Assembly (NCBI GenBank): GCA_023213395.1
Contig: CM041465.1
Span: 152,217,741-152,281,740 of the forward strand
Reading direction: 5' to 3'
DNA: 64,000 bases
DNA from: Cycas panzhihuaensis
Lineage: Eukaryota; Plantae; Cycadophyta
Shown one piece after another: positions 61,988 to 64,000 of the stretch; position 1 is the stretch's first letter, and each line of letters opens with the position of its first letter. Made by a program: the position numbers and the translations under genes. A model generated the notes under the pieces. The model was not told the DNA's origin and made no database searches. It saw only the letters and a list, made by a program, of their open reading frames with translations.

Positions 61988-64000
61988 CCTATTTTAGGAG
62001 GGTTCTTTTTCCTTTTTATAAGTCAGAGTAACCTTTCCATTCTCCCCTTGATTTGTACTTAAGGATTTCTTGTCTTCGTAATGAGAATAAACTACAACTC
62101 TAAAAACCTATCTACTAAAGAGTATAAACCATAGTAGTCAAATCCATTGCTAGTAATAGACATTTCACTCTAAAACAAGTATAAACTAATGTAAAAAACT
62201 TCATTATCAAGTATCCACAAAAGTATTAAAAAATAAAATAACATACTCAAAAAGATAAAATCAAAGGAATATATACAACTACCATACATTGGCATATGGT
62301 ATGACCATTACCAAAAGAGAAATATGTAACTTTACACTACTAATTAACTCTCATTATATTAGGGGACATATGGAGGGGGTTGCTATCAAAGGTTAAGAGT
62401 CATAGAATCATGATAAAAACACAATACATATCATATATAAATCATGAAAAATAATTCATATATAATAAATAATATGAATTGTACATGAATCATATGATAT
62501 AGCATAATACATCTGGAAGCACATCTCTAGGAGGTCACTAAAGATGGGACACTCTAAATAGGTACTAAGGCTAACAAATAAAGATCTAGAGGTGTAAAGG
62601 AAGATCAGGTTACCCTCAAAGGGTGTCCATGTATCGAAATGCAAGTTCAAGGACTTGCAACACACACGTTGCCCTATCTACTCTTGAAGAGTTGACGTGA
62701 ACTATTAAGTATAAGTGATGGAAAGGGTGGCATCCTTGGGTTACCAAGTAGCCTAGGTGAGGCTCTCCTATCCTTGTTAGGAAAGGAAGCAATAAAGGAC
62801 TCCCTTTCAAAAAATGGATATAAGATGAGAATAAAAGTATAAGACTAAGGTTTTGAGTTTTTTTTTATTTTTCCTAAGGAGTTACCTTTAGGGTTTGGGT
62901 CATGGTGCAAAATTATGTTTATTATTTCTCTTAGTTACAAGAGGAAGTAATGCTGTATCTTCTTATTTTTAGGGTGTAGTTTATTATATGAAATGATGTT
63001 ATTTTGCTTGCAACAAAATGTTTCTTTTGATAAAGTTTATGAAGTACAAACACTCACCCTCACTCTCTTTTCACTTTGGAGGTCAAGGGATGCAAGGAAG
63101 AACAAAGGAGAGAATGTTGCAATAATCTCTTTTTAAGTTTCTTTTCAATGCAAGGAAACCTGTGCTTTGGTTCCACTATGTTCCGTAGTTTCATTTCTTA
63201 CATGCATGTGCATACATAAGAATGATAATTAGGTATAAAGGCTATGTAATATTTCCTTCTCTTAGTTGTGTTCGTTATATATGTAAAGAGAAAGGAATGC
63301 ATTCACTATTTTCCAATTTCTTTCTAACGTGCATATGTGTGTGCAAAAATAAAAAAGAGGAAGTGAAGCTTATGCAACATTTTTCTTTTAATATAAAAGA
63401 AGAAGGAAGAAATACTTTTTACTTGATGTTATAGCTTTGACTTGTATATGCAATATACATGCATAAATGGAAGAAATAATCTCTTCCTTGCTATGCTTCT
63501 TTTATGAAAAGAGAGAGGAGAAGAGAATGTATATGTGCCTTTTCTTTTTCCAAAGAAAAAAAACAAGAATGTGCTATATTCAAACTACCCTTTTTACTTT
63601 TGTTGCAATAGATGAATTTGAGTGGAGGTAAGTAAGAGCAAGATGGGTTTTGGAAGAGTGCACCTAGTATGTGATGTTTTATGTTGATCTCATAGTTGCT
63701 CATATGCTTCTCCCTTACTAATGACACAAGCTCCTTTGTTGCCACAATAGTTGTTAAGAGTGAAAAAGGGGGGTTGCCTTACCTTTCTCAAATCCAAAAT
63801 GTAATGTTGCAATAATTAAAAAAAAAGGAAAGAAAGCAATAAAGCCAAAATATTAACCTAACTATAGTACTAAAAGGTGATTGACATTACCTTATGATGA
63901 AGAATGATTTGTAAGCAGAAGCAAGCCTCTCACCTATAAGACAAAGCAAAGAACTTTTCCCATAAGCAACAAATATATACTTCCTAGATATATTCATACC

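Larger units (their letters stand above)
42650..61990 (+). mobile_element. Degenerate Tat-like Gypsy relic 2 (RT-RH-INT ... aRH), split by Copia C and by the chromovirus; outer boundaries unresolved
   Basis: RT start before 42819 (KNGSICIY) resumes at 51470 (IDFHDINTTCPKDNF...KTTFITPW...PFGLKNAGATY); INT ORF 53359-53748 and end RKYYA* at ~53887; aRH 61585-61987. Confidence 0.85.

Overview
AT-rich, strongly CpG/CHG-depleted plant nuclear DNA. The element types suggest a large-genome, gymnosperm-like plant (inference). The window is mostly nested, decayed LTR retrotransposons. Five have both LTRs, a tRNA-iMet PBS, a PPT and a 5-bp TSD: Copia A 9417-14777, a non-autonomous element 22961-26373, Copia B 33915-38924, the younger Copia C 42820-51466 and a chromovirus-type Gypsy 55032-61400. 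Two Tat-like Gypsy relics (1-7160 minus; about 42650-62000 plus) each carry a free-standing ~133-codon archaeal-type RNase H ORF (MAL...HHL*) 3' of integrase. The first also carries an antisense Plant Mobile Domain gene. The non-autonomous element has captured the 5' part of a host PLP-dependent transferase (Moco-sulfurase-like) gene. The only clearly host-functional sequence is a CpG-retaining island at about 27.8-28.8 kb. It holds two convergent tRNA-Thr genes, an intact AGU copy and a degenerate UGU copy, with unusual promoter/terminator architecture. The island lies between two ~2.5-kb inverted repeat arms (15310-17919 and 29596-32012) that differ by an equal-length ~290-bp swapped cassette. 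No intact host protein-coding gene was found.
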